A stretch of 64,000 bases of DNA from Lama glama. Taxonomy: Eukaryota. The notes beneath the pieces are model-generated. The model was not told the origin of the DNA, did not search any database, and worked only from the letters and a program-made list of their open reading frames with translations. Where the stretch lies: the NCBI GenBank assembly GCA_028534125.1, contig CM052816.1, positions 30,506,001 to 30,570,000 on the forward strand. Reading direction: 5' to 3'. Shown piece by piece: positions 37,340-48,520 of the stretch. The position numbers and the translations under genes were made by a program. Positions within the stretch are counted from its first letter, which is position 1. The number at the start of each line of letters is the position of its first letter.

Positions 37340-38450
37340 GCCAGTGTCTGTTTTATTATTATTACAAAGTCAACACAAACTTTTGGCAATGTAATTTAAT
37401 TATGGACATTGAATTAAAACAGTTTTTTTTCAATGACTCAATCCTTTAGAAAGAGTATTTTATAAAGACTTAGAATGCATGCAAGTTTTCTGGTTTTTAA
37501 AGTCACTGGCTAAGTTAGAGCAACAGACGTATCTTTTAGTCCTACAGAAAAGGCACACAAATGAGAAAAGATTTGCTTTTTGCATTTTTTTCATATCTTC
37601 CTTTATAAGAAATATGTTTTGACTGGAAGTAAAATTTTATTTACTGTATGTTTCACCAACCAATATGGAAGTCCTTTTAAGTTTCTTAAAAATGTGTTTA
37701 GCTTTTTTAAGATGAGACTTCTAACCTAGGGAGTTCTTTTAACTCCTGGGCAGTTAGTCCTCTGTACCTAAGCCTATATCTGTGCATAAATATTTCACTT
37801 GACTGTAACACTGGGTAAAGTTAGAGAACTGGAGAGATGTAATCCTCAAAGGAAATAGCAGTATTTGTTTCCATTTAATGGAAGAATTCTTTTTTTAGGC
37901 ATTTTTAGAGGATTCTACCCAATTTTACTACTGGAACATTCTGAAAATTGTCATTTATAGATATAGGTCATTTATCCTGAGTCAAATATCAGTTTCTTGG
38001 AGGATAAAAAACCTGCTCCCCAAAAGATGAATGACAATTGTATTTTAAAGTATTCAAGTATAGTTGGAAAGTACATGTCCATATTGTGTAATTTAAAGTT
38101 GCCCCCTTTAACAGCAGTTCTTGATGCTGCTTTCATATCCTGAGGCTGTCCTGGATTTATAGGATTCTTATTAACTTAGAATAATTCAAAAAGCTTTTCT
38201 TTTTGAAGAAGCAGGGAGAGAGTACCTAAGCAAATGACTACAGTGAACGAAATTGTAAGAGATGTGTTTACCTATTTAAAAAGAAAATAAATTCTTTTAG
38301 AACTCTTCAGCAGCAATTTTTTTTGCACCATACAATTGCAATGTAAACAATAGGTGTAGGAGAGAGGAGGTACATATGTGTACATTGGTGTGTGTATACA
38401 CACACACACACACACACCCCAATGTTCTGGTATATTTATCAGGGACATTC

Positions 38451-38730
38451 TTTTTTTTAACATTTTTTATTGAGTTATAGTGATTTTATACTGTGTCAAA
38501 TTCCAGTGTAGAGCACAATTTTTCAGTCATACAGGAACATACATATATTCATTGTTACATTTTTTTCGCTGTCAGCTACCGCAAGATCCTGTATATATTT
38601 CCCTGTGCTATACAGTATAATCTTGTTTATCTATTCTATGTTTTGAAATTCCAGTCTGTCCCTTCCCAGCCCCTGCCTCCCGGCAACCACAAGTATGTAT
38701 TCTATGTCTATCAGTCTGTTTCTGTTTTAT
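38451..38730 (-). mobile_element. Young L1 3' UTR stub
   Basis: Closely similar to the 3' UTR of the 15663, 20281 and 26213 copies (tcaaattccagtgtagagcacaatttttcag). No TSD found. Confidence 0.9.
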
Positions 38731-39055
38731 GAGTCTTGTTTCTCTTAACTACTGCAAATGAGGACACCTTTTCAAACAAGATAAAGTTACCCAAAGTAGG
38801 AAAACCCAAAGGAAGTTTCTTGTTTAATCCCAGATGAAGATTTTTCTGACTGTATTTTAATTATCATCTTCGAGAATAAATGAGGAAAGTAGATGTTCCT
38901 CTGTTGTGTCTAGTTTCACTGTTATATGTGATGTCACAGTGGGAGTGTTCAAGTGCTGTGCTTGCTGAAATGGGGAATCCCAGAAATTAAAATGACAGGA
39001 TGTTACATGGAAGGACTCTGTAGTCACTGAAGTGCACTGCACACTTTGTTCACCT

Positions 39056-39590
39056 AGTGGAAACCCATTGTTGAGAGTTGAGCTAAACTACAGCATGACA
39101 TTGATGCCTCTGCATCTATTTTGTGTGACGAGGGGCCGTGTAGGGGCCTTGAACTGACACCAGCTCCTTCTGAAGTTGCAGGCTCTGTGTGACAGCCTAC
39201 AGAGTCACAAGCAAATAGAACCTCCTGGTATGGCTTCCACATCAGCCCCTGTGAGCAACAGTCTCCCCTGCCTTCCAGGACCTTCTCCTGTGCGCCCCTT
39301 TGATAAGACACTTGTGGAGTTTATCGGTCTTTTTGGTTTACATTGACCAACGTGGCTTTAGGCCAGGGATCCCAAAGGACTCTACCTATGGACCCTGATA
39401 AAGCCATGTGTCTCAGGTCCTGCCTTTCTCTCTGTGTGCACTCTCCTTTGACCTCCCTGTGTCGCCTCCTGAGCTATGCCGTTTACTTCCTGCAGGACCT
39501 GTGAATTAGCCTTCCCTATTTCAAGTTCCCTTGTGGTCTTTTGTTGAACCATCTGATATGCCAGACTCTACTTAAATATTGATGTAAATA
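39056..39590 (+). mobile_element. MER74-like ERVL solo LTR
   Basis: gtggaaacccattgttgagagttgagctaaac...gaccctgataaagccatgtg...caggacctgtga...ttgtggtcttttgttga. Family recalled. Confidence 0.55.
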
Positions 39591-40876
39591 AATCACAACT
39601 CTCTTAAAGATCTTCTTAAAGATTGTGATGTCTTGCCATGAAAATTCATTTTATTTAAATGTATTTAATGTTTAGTGGTATTTCATTGTGAATGAACAAG
39701 TTTGGGGAATTCTCTACTAACACATTTGGTGGCTTCAAGTTACATAAACCAGATGATATTTATATTATCTGTTACTGATGTTGGATCTTATTATACACAG
39801 CACGAAAGGAAAAACCTCAGTAGCCTCACAGTCAGGTCTCAGAGAGGAATGTTTTGGTACTTAGGATTTATAGGCATCCATATGACGTTCAGAATAAGAG
39901 CAGTGCTGTGGGGATCTCATCCTCCAGTCTCTCAGCAGAAGTGTTAATAATACACCCCTTGTCTGATGCCATTATGGAAACTCAACTGGCCAACAGTGGA
40001 AGGAGGAGTGGGAGCAGTAGAAGCAATGAGAAGATCTCAGATGGACTCTCAAAAGAGAGTTGATTGAATTGTGACTACAAACCAGTATAGGCAGCTCCAC
40101 TCCCAGACACCTCAGTGAATGAGGTGGCTCAACTGGACACTTTTAAAATCAGCAGGTCATCATGCTTCATGCCATGTGTCTTATTCCTTTGCCTACACCT
40201 GAGTGGGCCACAGATTAGATTGGCAGTTGCCTCGATGTTCTGTGCCTTATTTATTATATGTTAATTTTTTATTTATACAAGGGTCACTTTCTGAACCATC
40301 TATTTTTAAAAATTGGACTAGCTGTCTTTCATTCAGTGTCACTGAAATGAATTGAGAACTGTTACCTATAATCACCTGGTGTAACTTCCGGAACAATTTT
40401 CTGAAGCCCATGTTAGTAACTATTAGTACATCCAAGCTAAGATGCAGCAGGCTGTTCAAGCTTAGTAGAGGGTCAGAGATTCAACCCCTGTGTGGTTCAA
40501 CACCCGAGCCAAAGTTTCTTTGATCCGTCTGCAATGTCCTTTCCCATTAGCTGTACAGCTAAGATAGACTCAAGGCTCACTCCGTCCTCACCATTCATGG
40601 TTCTTTTTTCGGGATTCTTTCAACAAAGAGAAGTTTTGTGCAGTGTGACAGATGCCCTGGTACCCTTCCCATGTTTTTTTTTTCTGTTTCACGGAAATAA
40701 TCATTGGAATTTATAGAAAACTCAGTGTTATGTCTGCTGAACTTGACCTACTATATATACATACCATGAAGAAGTTGTTGGAGAATGATTGACCTCAATC
40801 CTATTTTAGTTTAGTTGTAAAATGTACTTATTTAGTTCAGTTGGATCTCCTACTGTCTTCCTACTCTCCTACTCTC

Positions 40877-41203
40877 AAAAGAGAGAAAAGAGAGAGAGAA
40901 AAAAAGAGAGAAAAAGAGAGAGAGAAAGAGAAAAAGAGAGAGAGAGAAAAAGAGAGAGAGAGAAAGAGAAAGAGAGAGAGAGAGAGAAAGGGAGAGAGAG
41001 AGAGAAAAAGAGAGAGAGAGAAAGAGAAAGAGAGAGAGAGAAAGAGAAAAAGAGAGAGAGAGAAAAAGAGAGAGAGAGAGAGAGAAAAAGAGAGAGAGAG
41101 AAAGAGAAAAAGAGAGAGAGAGAAAAAGAGAGAGAGAGAGAGAGAAAAAGAGAGAGAGAGAGAAAGGGAGAGAAAGAGAAAAAGAGAGAGAGAGAGAGAG
41201 AGA
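40877..41203. repeat. Pure polypurine GA-rich tract, 327 bp
   Basis: Only A and G on the + strand; (GA)n runs punctuated by AAA/AAAAA. Confidence 0.97.
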
Positions 41204-41209
41204 CAGAAT

Positions 41210-41360
41210 CTACTCTCCTACTCTCCTACTCTCCTACTCTCCTACTCTCCTACTCTCCTACTCTCCTACTCTCCTACTCTCCTACTCTCCTACTCTCCTA
41301 CTCTCCTACTCTCCTACTCTCCTACTCTCCTACTCTCCTACTCTCCTACTCTCCTACTCT
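41210..41360. repeat. (CTACTCTC)n octamer array, about 19 perfect units, running into a gap
   Basis: Direct reading; 2-3 more units at 40848-40876. Confidence 0.9.
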
Positions 41361-41860
41361 NNNNNNNNNNNNNNNNNNNNNNNNNNNNNNNNNNNNNNNN
41401 NNNNNNNNNNNNNNNNNNNNNNNNNNNNNNNNNNNNNNNNNNNNNNNNNNNNNNNNNNNNNNNNNNNNNNNNNNNNNNNNNNNNNNNNNNNNNNNNNNNN
41501 NNNNNNNNNNNNNNNNNNNNNNNNNNNNNNNNNNNNNNNNNNNNNNNNNNNNNNNNNNNNNNNNNNNNNNNNNNNNNNNNNNNNNNNNNNNNNNNNNNNN
41601 NNNNNNNNNNNNNNNNNNNNNNNNNNNNNNNNNNNNNNNNNNNNNNNNNNNNNNNNNNNNNNNNNNNNNNNNNNNNNNNNNNNNNNNNNNNNNNNNNNNN
41701 NNNNNNNNNNNNNNNNNNNNNNNNNNNNNNNNNNNNNNNNNNNNNNNNNNNNNNNNNNNNNNNNNNNNNNNNNNNNNNNNNNNNNNNNNNNNNNNNNNNN
41801 NNNNNNNNNNNNNNNNNNNNNNNNNNNNNNNNNNNNNNNNNNNNNNNNNNNNNNNNNNNN
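41361..41860. other. Assembly gap (500 N)
   Basis: N run. Confidence 1.
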
Positions 41861-41970
41861 ATTTGTATGTCTTCTTTTATAATTTTGTGTTTATTTTATT
41901 TGTAATTCATGAGTTATCACCTTTCCAGTTGTGAATTTCTCATTTCTGTAGCATCCTGCTGCTTTTCTAT

Positions 41971-42872
41971 TTAGAATAGCCCTTTCAATATTTCTTTTAG
42001 CGTGGGTTTAGTGTTGCTAAACTCCTGCAGCTTTTCCTTGCCTGTGAAATTCTTTATCTCTCCTTCTATCCTAAAGGATAGCCTTGCTGGATAAAGTATC
42101 CTAGGCTGCATCTTTTTTTCATTCAGGACTTTGAATATATCTTGCCACTCCCTTCTGGCCTGTAGTATTTGTGTAGAGAAATCAGCTGAGAGCCTTATGG
42201 GGGTTCCCTTGTAACCTACTCTTTGCTTTTCTCTTGCTGCCTTTAGAATCATTTCTTTATCCTTGACTCTGACCATGTTGATTATGATCTGTCTTGGTGT
42301 GGGTCTATTTGGGTTCTTCCTGTTTGGGACCCTCTGAGCTTCCTGTACTTGGATATCTGATTCCTTCTTTAAGTCTGGAAAGTTTTCAGTCATGATTTCT
42401 TCAAAAACCTTTTCAACCCCCTTTGATCTTTCTTCCCCTTCTGGGACTCCTATTATGTGGAGATTGGCATGCTTTATATTACTCCATAGGTCCCTTATGC
42501 TATTTTCATTATTTTTTATTTGTTTCTCTTGTAGCTCTTCTGGTTGGGTGCTTTCTATTGTCCTGTCTTCTAGGTCACTAATTTATTCCTCTGCATTATC
42601 TAGTCGGCTTTGCACAGCTTTCAGATCATTCCTCATCTCAGTCAATGAGTTTACCCATTCTACTTGGCTCTTCTTTATAGCTTCAATTTCATTTTGACAT
42701 ATTTTATATCTCTAAACACTATCTCTTTTAATTCCTTCAGCACTTTGATCACTCCTTTTTTGAAATCTTGATCTAGTAGGCTATCGATGTCTATTTCACT
42801 GATCATTCTTTCAGGGGATTTCTCTTGTTCTTTCAATTGGGAAAGGTTTCTCTGCTTCTTCACCTTGCTCAT
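41971..42872 (-). pseudogene. L1 ORF1p (RNA-binding chaperone), disrupted
   Basis: MSKVKKQRNLSQLKEQ...IIGVPEGEE...ENFPDL...IRLSADFS...ARREW...ILYPARLSF. 1-bp frameshift near 42690 and in-frame TAA at 42583-42585. Confidence 0.93.
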
Positions 42873-43259
42873 ACCTCTCTGGTACTGTGGTTTATGGAGT
42901 ATCAGTTATCTATTGTGGTCCTTAAGGAGTTTATCTATCTAATGCCTATGTAGGAATAAGATTTAGGAAAAAAAGAAAAAATAGAGAGAGAAAGAATTTT
43001 AAGAGAAGGGAGGGAAAAAGGCTTGAAAACAGTATATAATGAATAATAGAAGAGCAAGTTGAAGCAGAATAGCAATCAGGTTGAGACGTCCTTTTAAAAC
43101 CTTTAAAAAAGGGGAGAAGATGAAAAGATATATTTGAAACCTGTGTCTAGTCAATAACAGGACATCAAAACCCAAGAGAAATAAAAATGAATTAAGAAGT
43201 AAAAATTAAGAAGGTAATAGAAAATAGAACAGGTAAAAACAGATTTAAAAAAAGGGGGG

Positions 43260-44536
43260 GTGTTGGTGTTCTCCTGGAGTCCGTGTGCCTTTAATGTGAC
43301 GTCTTTCTGTCTTCGTCCTGTTTTGGAAACTCAGCTGGCTGTTTCCAGACGCCCTCCGTTGGCGCCCTCTTCTGTGCTGCTCTCAGTACCTGTCTGCAAG
43401 CCGATCGCGCCTCCTCCCAACACGGGGTCAGGTGCAGCTCTCCTCTGCTGTGGGTGGGCGGGTCACTGCCCCTCCGGATGCCGCAGTCAGATGTTGCAGA
43501 CTGGCCAGGCAGAAGGACGGGTCGTGCCCCCTCCCAGCACCTCGGTCAGGGGCTGTGTTCCTGCCCGAAAGGGGGGGGGGCGCCCTCCCTCTCCCGGCGC
43601 TGGTAGCTCCGCTGCTCTGTGTGGCTGCGTGCTCCGCCCTGGTCGGCGCTCCGCGGGTGGGCTCGGGGAAGACCGAGGGACAGCCTCGTCCCTGCTCCGG
43701 GCCAAAACCCAGCTCCTTGTCTGTCTTGGCGGAGCAGGTTCTCTGAGGGACCAGGACGGAAGGATCCTATCTGCCCCAGGCTGTAGGCCCGTCTCAGTCT
43801 GGCCCTTGAGGCTGCTAAGCCCTTCGGTGTGGATGCAGGTCTCGCCCCCGCCCCCGCCCCCCCTGGGTGCTCAGCGCCGGAGGATATGGCGGCTGTGCCT
43901 GGTCCCCGCCTCTCTTCCCCTGAAAACTTTCCGCAGATTTTCAGAGATGGGGGTATGCACCCTTCCCCTGAGAGCACATCAACCCCGCTGCCCTATGGAG
44001 GGCCCAGTTTGTTCTGCCCTGTACACCCACAGCCACAGCGCCCAGCCCCTTGCAGTCCCCAGGGGCTGCCTCTGTGCAGCCACCCCCGTCCTCCGTCCGG
44101 CTTTTGCAGCCTGGCCCTGCCCGCCGCTGCCGCCCCGCGTCTCAGGCTGGGTGTCGGGGGGAAGCTCTGTGCCTGTTTAACTTAGTTCTGTCAGACAACG
44201 GCTGCTCTGTGCAGATCCGAGCCTTGGAGGCTCCCCCTCCGTCCTGCTGGCCTCTCAATTGGAGAGGGGAGACCCAGCGAGCGAGCGCCAGTCCTCCTTT
44301 GCCGCTCCCTCCCTGCGGGACCCGTCCTGTGCTGCTTTGCCTTTTGTTCTTTCTTTTTTCCTTTTCTCCTACCAGATTTTTGGCGTCTTTATCTTTTGAA
44401 GAGGGTGCTGTTCTGTCGAAGTTCCGCAGGTGCTCTGGTTGGCTGAGTGGGTCTGTGGATGTGAGTCTTGGTGCACTTGTGGAAGAGGGTGAGCCACGGG
44501 CGTCCTTCTACTCTGCCATCTTCTCTTTCTTCTCCC
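43260..44536 (-). promoter_or_regulatory. L1 internal CpG-island promoter with YY1-type motif (AAGATGGC, 44515-44522)
   Basis: The only markedly CpG-rich block in the window; a YY1 motif near the 5' terminus is a known L1 promoter feature. Confidence 0.75.
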
Positions 44537-44898
44537 TAGTTTAAATTATTTCTGTTGAGGAAAGGGTGATATGAATACTGTAGACAGCCATTATCAGAAA
44601 GCAGAAATCTCTTTACACTGATAGCAGCAAATTTCTGGACTTATTATACTAGTAGTGTCATTTTTTAATATTCAGGAAAGCTCAACATAATTAGCCTTGT
44701 AGGTAGAAAGGTGAATGAAAGCTTACTAGTCTGTCTTCCTAGCTGAGGAAGCTTCCTGGGCTTAGAGCTCTTAAGTGACATCTATTTGGAGTTTTTTGGA
44801 GGATCTTGTTGACTTAGGTTTTATTTGTACTGTTATTCCTTGGGTGACAAAATAATTTCTTCCCTTTTCTCGTCCTTATTCCCACCACACACTCATAA

Positions 44899-45425
44899 TG
44901 TAATAAAGAATAAATCTGACTCCATATTAGAGGTTCTTTGGCTTTAACCCTGTGCCCTATTTTCTAGCCTTACTGTTGCTAGCTCTGCACCTTTTGTAAA
45001 AAAATGTTGCCTTTGGCCTGAAATATACAGAAGTGCCTATTGTGAAGGCTCTGACCTTTAAGGATATTAACACTTTTATACTTATATAATGATAACAAGT
45101 TGCAGAATAGAAAATGTTTGTTTTGTTGGAAGTTTACAGGGATACCATGATCTGATGCACACGGATAGCTGCAAGAGCAAAGGATTCAAAGAACAAAGAA
45201 TTCCTACACCAAAAAGTTTGTAACAACCAACCACACCCCCTTCCCTTTTAGTATAAAAGGAGCCTGAATTCTGACTTGAGTAGGATGGTTCCCCAAGACA
45301 TTAGTCTGCCATCCTCTCAGTCTGCTGGCTTTCAGAATAAAGTCATTATTCCTTGCCCCGACACCTCGTCTCCCGATTTATTGGCCTGTCATGTAGCGAG
45401 CAGAACAGGCTTGGACTTGGTAACA
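44899..45425 (+). mobile_element. MER41-like ERV1 solo LTR
   Basis: TG...CA termini (tgtaataaagaataaatctgactccatattag ... cttggacttggtaaca), TATAAAA 45252-45258, AATAAA 45336-45341, 4-bp TSD ataa/gtaa. Confidence 0.85.
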
Positions 45426-45889
45426 GTAACGTCAAAATAAAATGTCCCTGTGACTTACTGGATAGGGATGCTCTTCAGCTGCAGCACTGGAAGTGATTTT
45501 ACTTTTTGTGTGCTAGACAAAGGCATTAAACTTAAGGCAGAAAACTACAGTTGGCTTCAGTTCAGTAATGGTTAAGTAGAGGCTTGGCAGCAACCAACAC
45601 CTCTGCACGGCTGTCTCTGAGCCCTCATGGAGCACACTTAGTAACCAAGGGAGCTGGCAAAGGGCGTGTCTAAGAGGCACCTCACACACTTTTTGTTGTG
45701 TTCCTTGTCCAATAACCAAAGAGGAAACACCTCTTTTTTCCTAGCATTACTACATGTGATGGAAATAACATATCGAAGGCAGGTATTTGAAGCTTGAACT
45801 GTACATAACTTTGTATATTTACACTGAGCAAAATATAAAATGTAGGTACTGTCATCTGTTAGCATGTAACAGGGTCACTCAAATAAAAG

Positions 45890-45943
45890 TCAGATTATTC
45901 ATCAGATTATTCAGATTATTAGATACTTCAGATTATTCATTAG
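45890..45943. repeat. Degenerate tandem repeat (CAGATTATT)n
   Basis: cagattattcatcagattattcagattattagatacttcagattattc. Confidence 0.8.
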
Positions 45944-47639
45944 AAATGTAAGTAAATGCTAACTTTTAAGAAGATAGCATGAACTGTATCTTTTAAAAAT
46001 TGTATATTAGTCTGTTTTGAAATTTAGACATCTAGGTTAACAAGTCTTCATATATCAAATGCTATTATGTACATACATCATGTGGAGAATTACTTTAAAT
46101 CAAATGTAGCTCCTTGGATGCTGAATTATGATTTTTAGGAATTGTATGCTACCATGAATATAGACTTAACTGTAGAACATTTAGTTAGAACTGAATGACA
46201 CATCACAGAATTATATGCACAGTATAAACATAAACAAACTCTTGATAGTGTATAAACACCAAACAGATCTTCTCATTGGACTGTGTCTTCCCAAGAGGTC
46301 TTCTGATCTTATTGTTGTTTCCCCATCAATTTCCTAACATGGCTACAAACGTTATTATAATTCCCCATAGAGTGAAGACAGGTATTGTTCAAGAAATCAA
46401 CAGCTGACTTACAATGAAACCATGAGTCCAGGGCCAGAAATTAGGCTTCCAAATGGTCACTCCACCCTCAGATCACTTAAGTTTCCTCACTGTGTTTTGC
46501 CTATTTAATATGCACAGCCTTTGCTGAAGCCCTTCACTTTAGACCATCTCAGTATTTCATTTGGAAGCCCTCACCATGTACGAGACACAGACCCCAGCAT
46601 GCACATACTCTACTCGCTCTTTCCGACACTTCTATTCTCAGCTAGTATGACCAAGAATTATAATCTTTTAATGGCCTTATACATTTTTAATTAGTCTAAA
46701 ATTATTTATTGAGAATGTCATTATGAAAATGGCCATAGCATTCTAGAACATAAGGCATACGGCACTGCAGAGGCTGAGATTCTATGATGCTTACCCACTC
46801 AGGTCTTAGTTTACATGTGCACAAATCACTGTCCTGATTATCGGAGTCGTCTTTCAGGATTAAATTTGGAATATCTTTAAAAGTGTTTTGGACACTGTAA
46901 GTCATTATTTTTAGCGTTTGATCAGAAACTGCCACTGCCACAAAAACCGAAGTGTTTTCACTAGTTTGTAACTTGAGGTTAATACAGACAGATGCTCAAA
47001 ATATTTTTAAATTGGATACATTTCTCAGGTCTTTGCTCCAGATTAAGTTGCTCCAGCTGCTGCCCTTGTACCTGCCACTGATTTATCCAAATCCCTTCTC
47101 TTATATTTAAATATTAGGAACTCTCCTATTTTAACAGCAAATGCCAACTGCTTACAGAGAGCTTTTTTTAAACCCTCCAGCTGGACGACACAAATTGATT
47201 CAGTATGTATGTTGAGAATCTATGTTGTGTCTGACCCTGTGACAGTGCTGTGAATGCTTTGTTGACCTTCCTTAGTATTTTTCTGTGCTGTCTTTAGAAA
47301 ACATGTCCTTCTGTTCCTCAAATTATTTATTAAAGCCCAGGTGTCATTTCATACCGTAGTACATAAGCTCCTGAAAGCCAGACTCTGCTTAATTTATGTT
47401 CATGTGCTGCAACATCTTTTACAGCATTTCACAATGAATCCTTAATAGAAAGCTCCTGACTGCACCCAATGAATGAATGAATAACTGAACGTGATTCCTT
47501 AGCTTCCTTGCCCCTGATATTTCTGCCCCCAACCGCTGTTCTGTTTGTTTTCATTCATTTTCCGATCTATTACAGAAACACTCTTAAAATGTAATTAGCC
47601 TCATGCAATACAAAATCTCTCTTTACTATGGTAATATTT

Positions 47640-48520
47640 ATAATTAAAATAAGTTTCCTTTGCCTTTCCTGACAATGTCCTCTTTCGGCCTCTTCTTTCT
47701 TAGCCAGCTCTTTACATGTCAGTGATAGTGTTCTGCCTTTGGAGTTACTTTCCCTTTTATCCCATAATTCTCTCAGGTTTCACCAATTTACATTTTCAGT
47801 TATATTTAAGAATGAATTTCAAATCTCTAATAATTCAGATACAGATTCTTCTCCTAGATTTTATATCTGTTTATCCAGCTACCTACAGCACAGGATCACT
47901 TGGATGACGCAAGGCGTGTCCTACTCAGTACATCCAAATGTCAGCTCTTCATCGGTGCTGTCCCCAAGCCCTGTATTCTCGCTTTCCTACTCTTAACACT
48001 AATACATGAGTACATCTCTGGAATCCACTCATTTCACTCTACTCCTAATAGCACTTACTACTTAAGGCCATTAGCATCTACTTCAAATACCACATTAATG
48101 CCTCCTAGCTATAGTTTGGTATTCCTGTTTTCTAGACCCTCATCTCCTATCATTTACCATAGTAACGCCAAGGAAATTTTCCTAAAAATACAATCTAATT
48201 ATGAAGCTCTTTTGCCTAACAGTCTACCACTGAGTCCCTGAGAATAGAGTTCAAATCCTTTTGTATAGTTTACAAGGTCCTCTGTGTTCTAACATCTGTT
48301 TACTTCTCATCTTTCCACTTTACCAGCACCCTCCTCCCACTGTGCTCCCAATTTCTCTTAGACCCTGGAACACAACCCTACTCTCTCCTTTCCACATATG
48401 AACGCTGCCCACTCCAGGCTCCACCCCCACCCCACCCAGTAGTTTGTGGACTACCTCCTCCTCATCTTCCAGACCTGAGAGCCCGCGTCACCCTTGTACT
48501 CTCATGTACTCCCAGTGTAC
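47640..48520 (+). mobile_element. L2 fragment
   Basis: ttatccagctacctaca...cacttggatg...catccaaatgtcagctcttc; agaatagagttcaaatccttttgtatagtttacaaggtcct. Confidence 0.7.

Larger units (their letters stand above)
41861..44536 (-). mobile_element. Young L1 5' portion: complete 5' UTR, ORF1 and inter-ORF spacer; remainder lost in gap
   Basis: Minus-strand start GGGAGAAGAAAGAGAAGATGGCAGAGTAG, CpG-rich 5' UTR, recognisable ORF1p. Confidence 0.95.

Noticed and set aside
41210..41360. Regular short repeat array as a possible CRISPR
   Set aside because: Contiguous 8-mers with no spacers, in mammalian DNA with no cas genes.
40822..41934. 370-aa and 354-aa ORFs with E/R/K-rich and LLLSYSPT repeats
   Set aside because: Translations of the GA tract, the octamer array and the N gap; not genes.
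35106..45425. Two similar LTRs about 9 kb apart as a single provirus
   Set aside because: They are in opposite orientation, diverge internally, have different flanks, and no gag/pol/env lies between them.
46702..46941. Minus-strand ORF containing a donor-like TGG|GTAAGC near 46795
   Set aside because: No clear acceptor, no recognisable protein and no partner exons.
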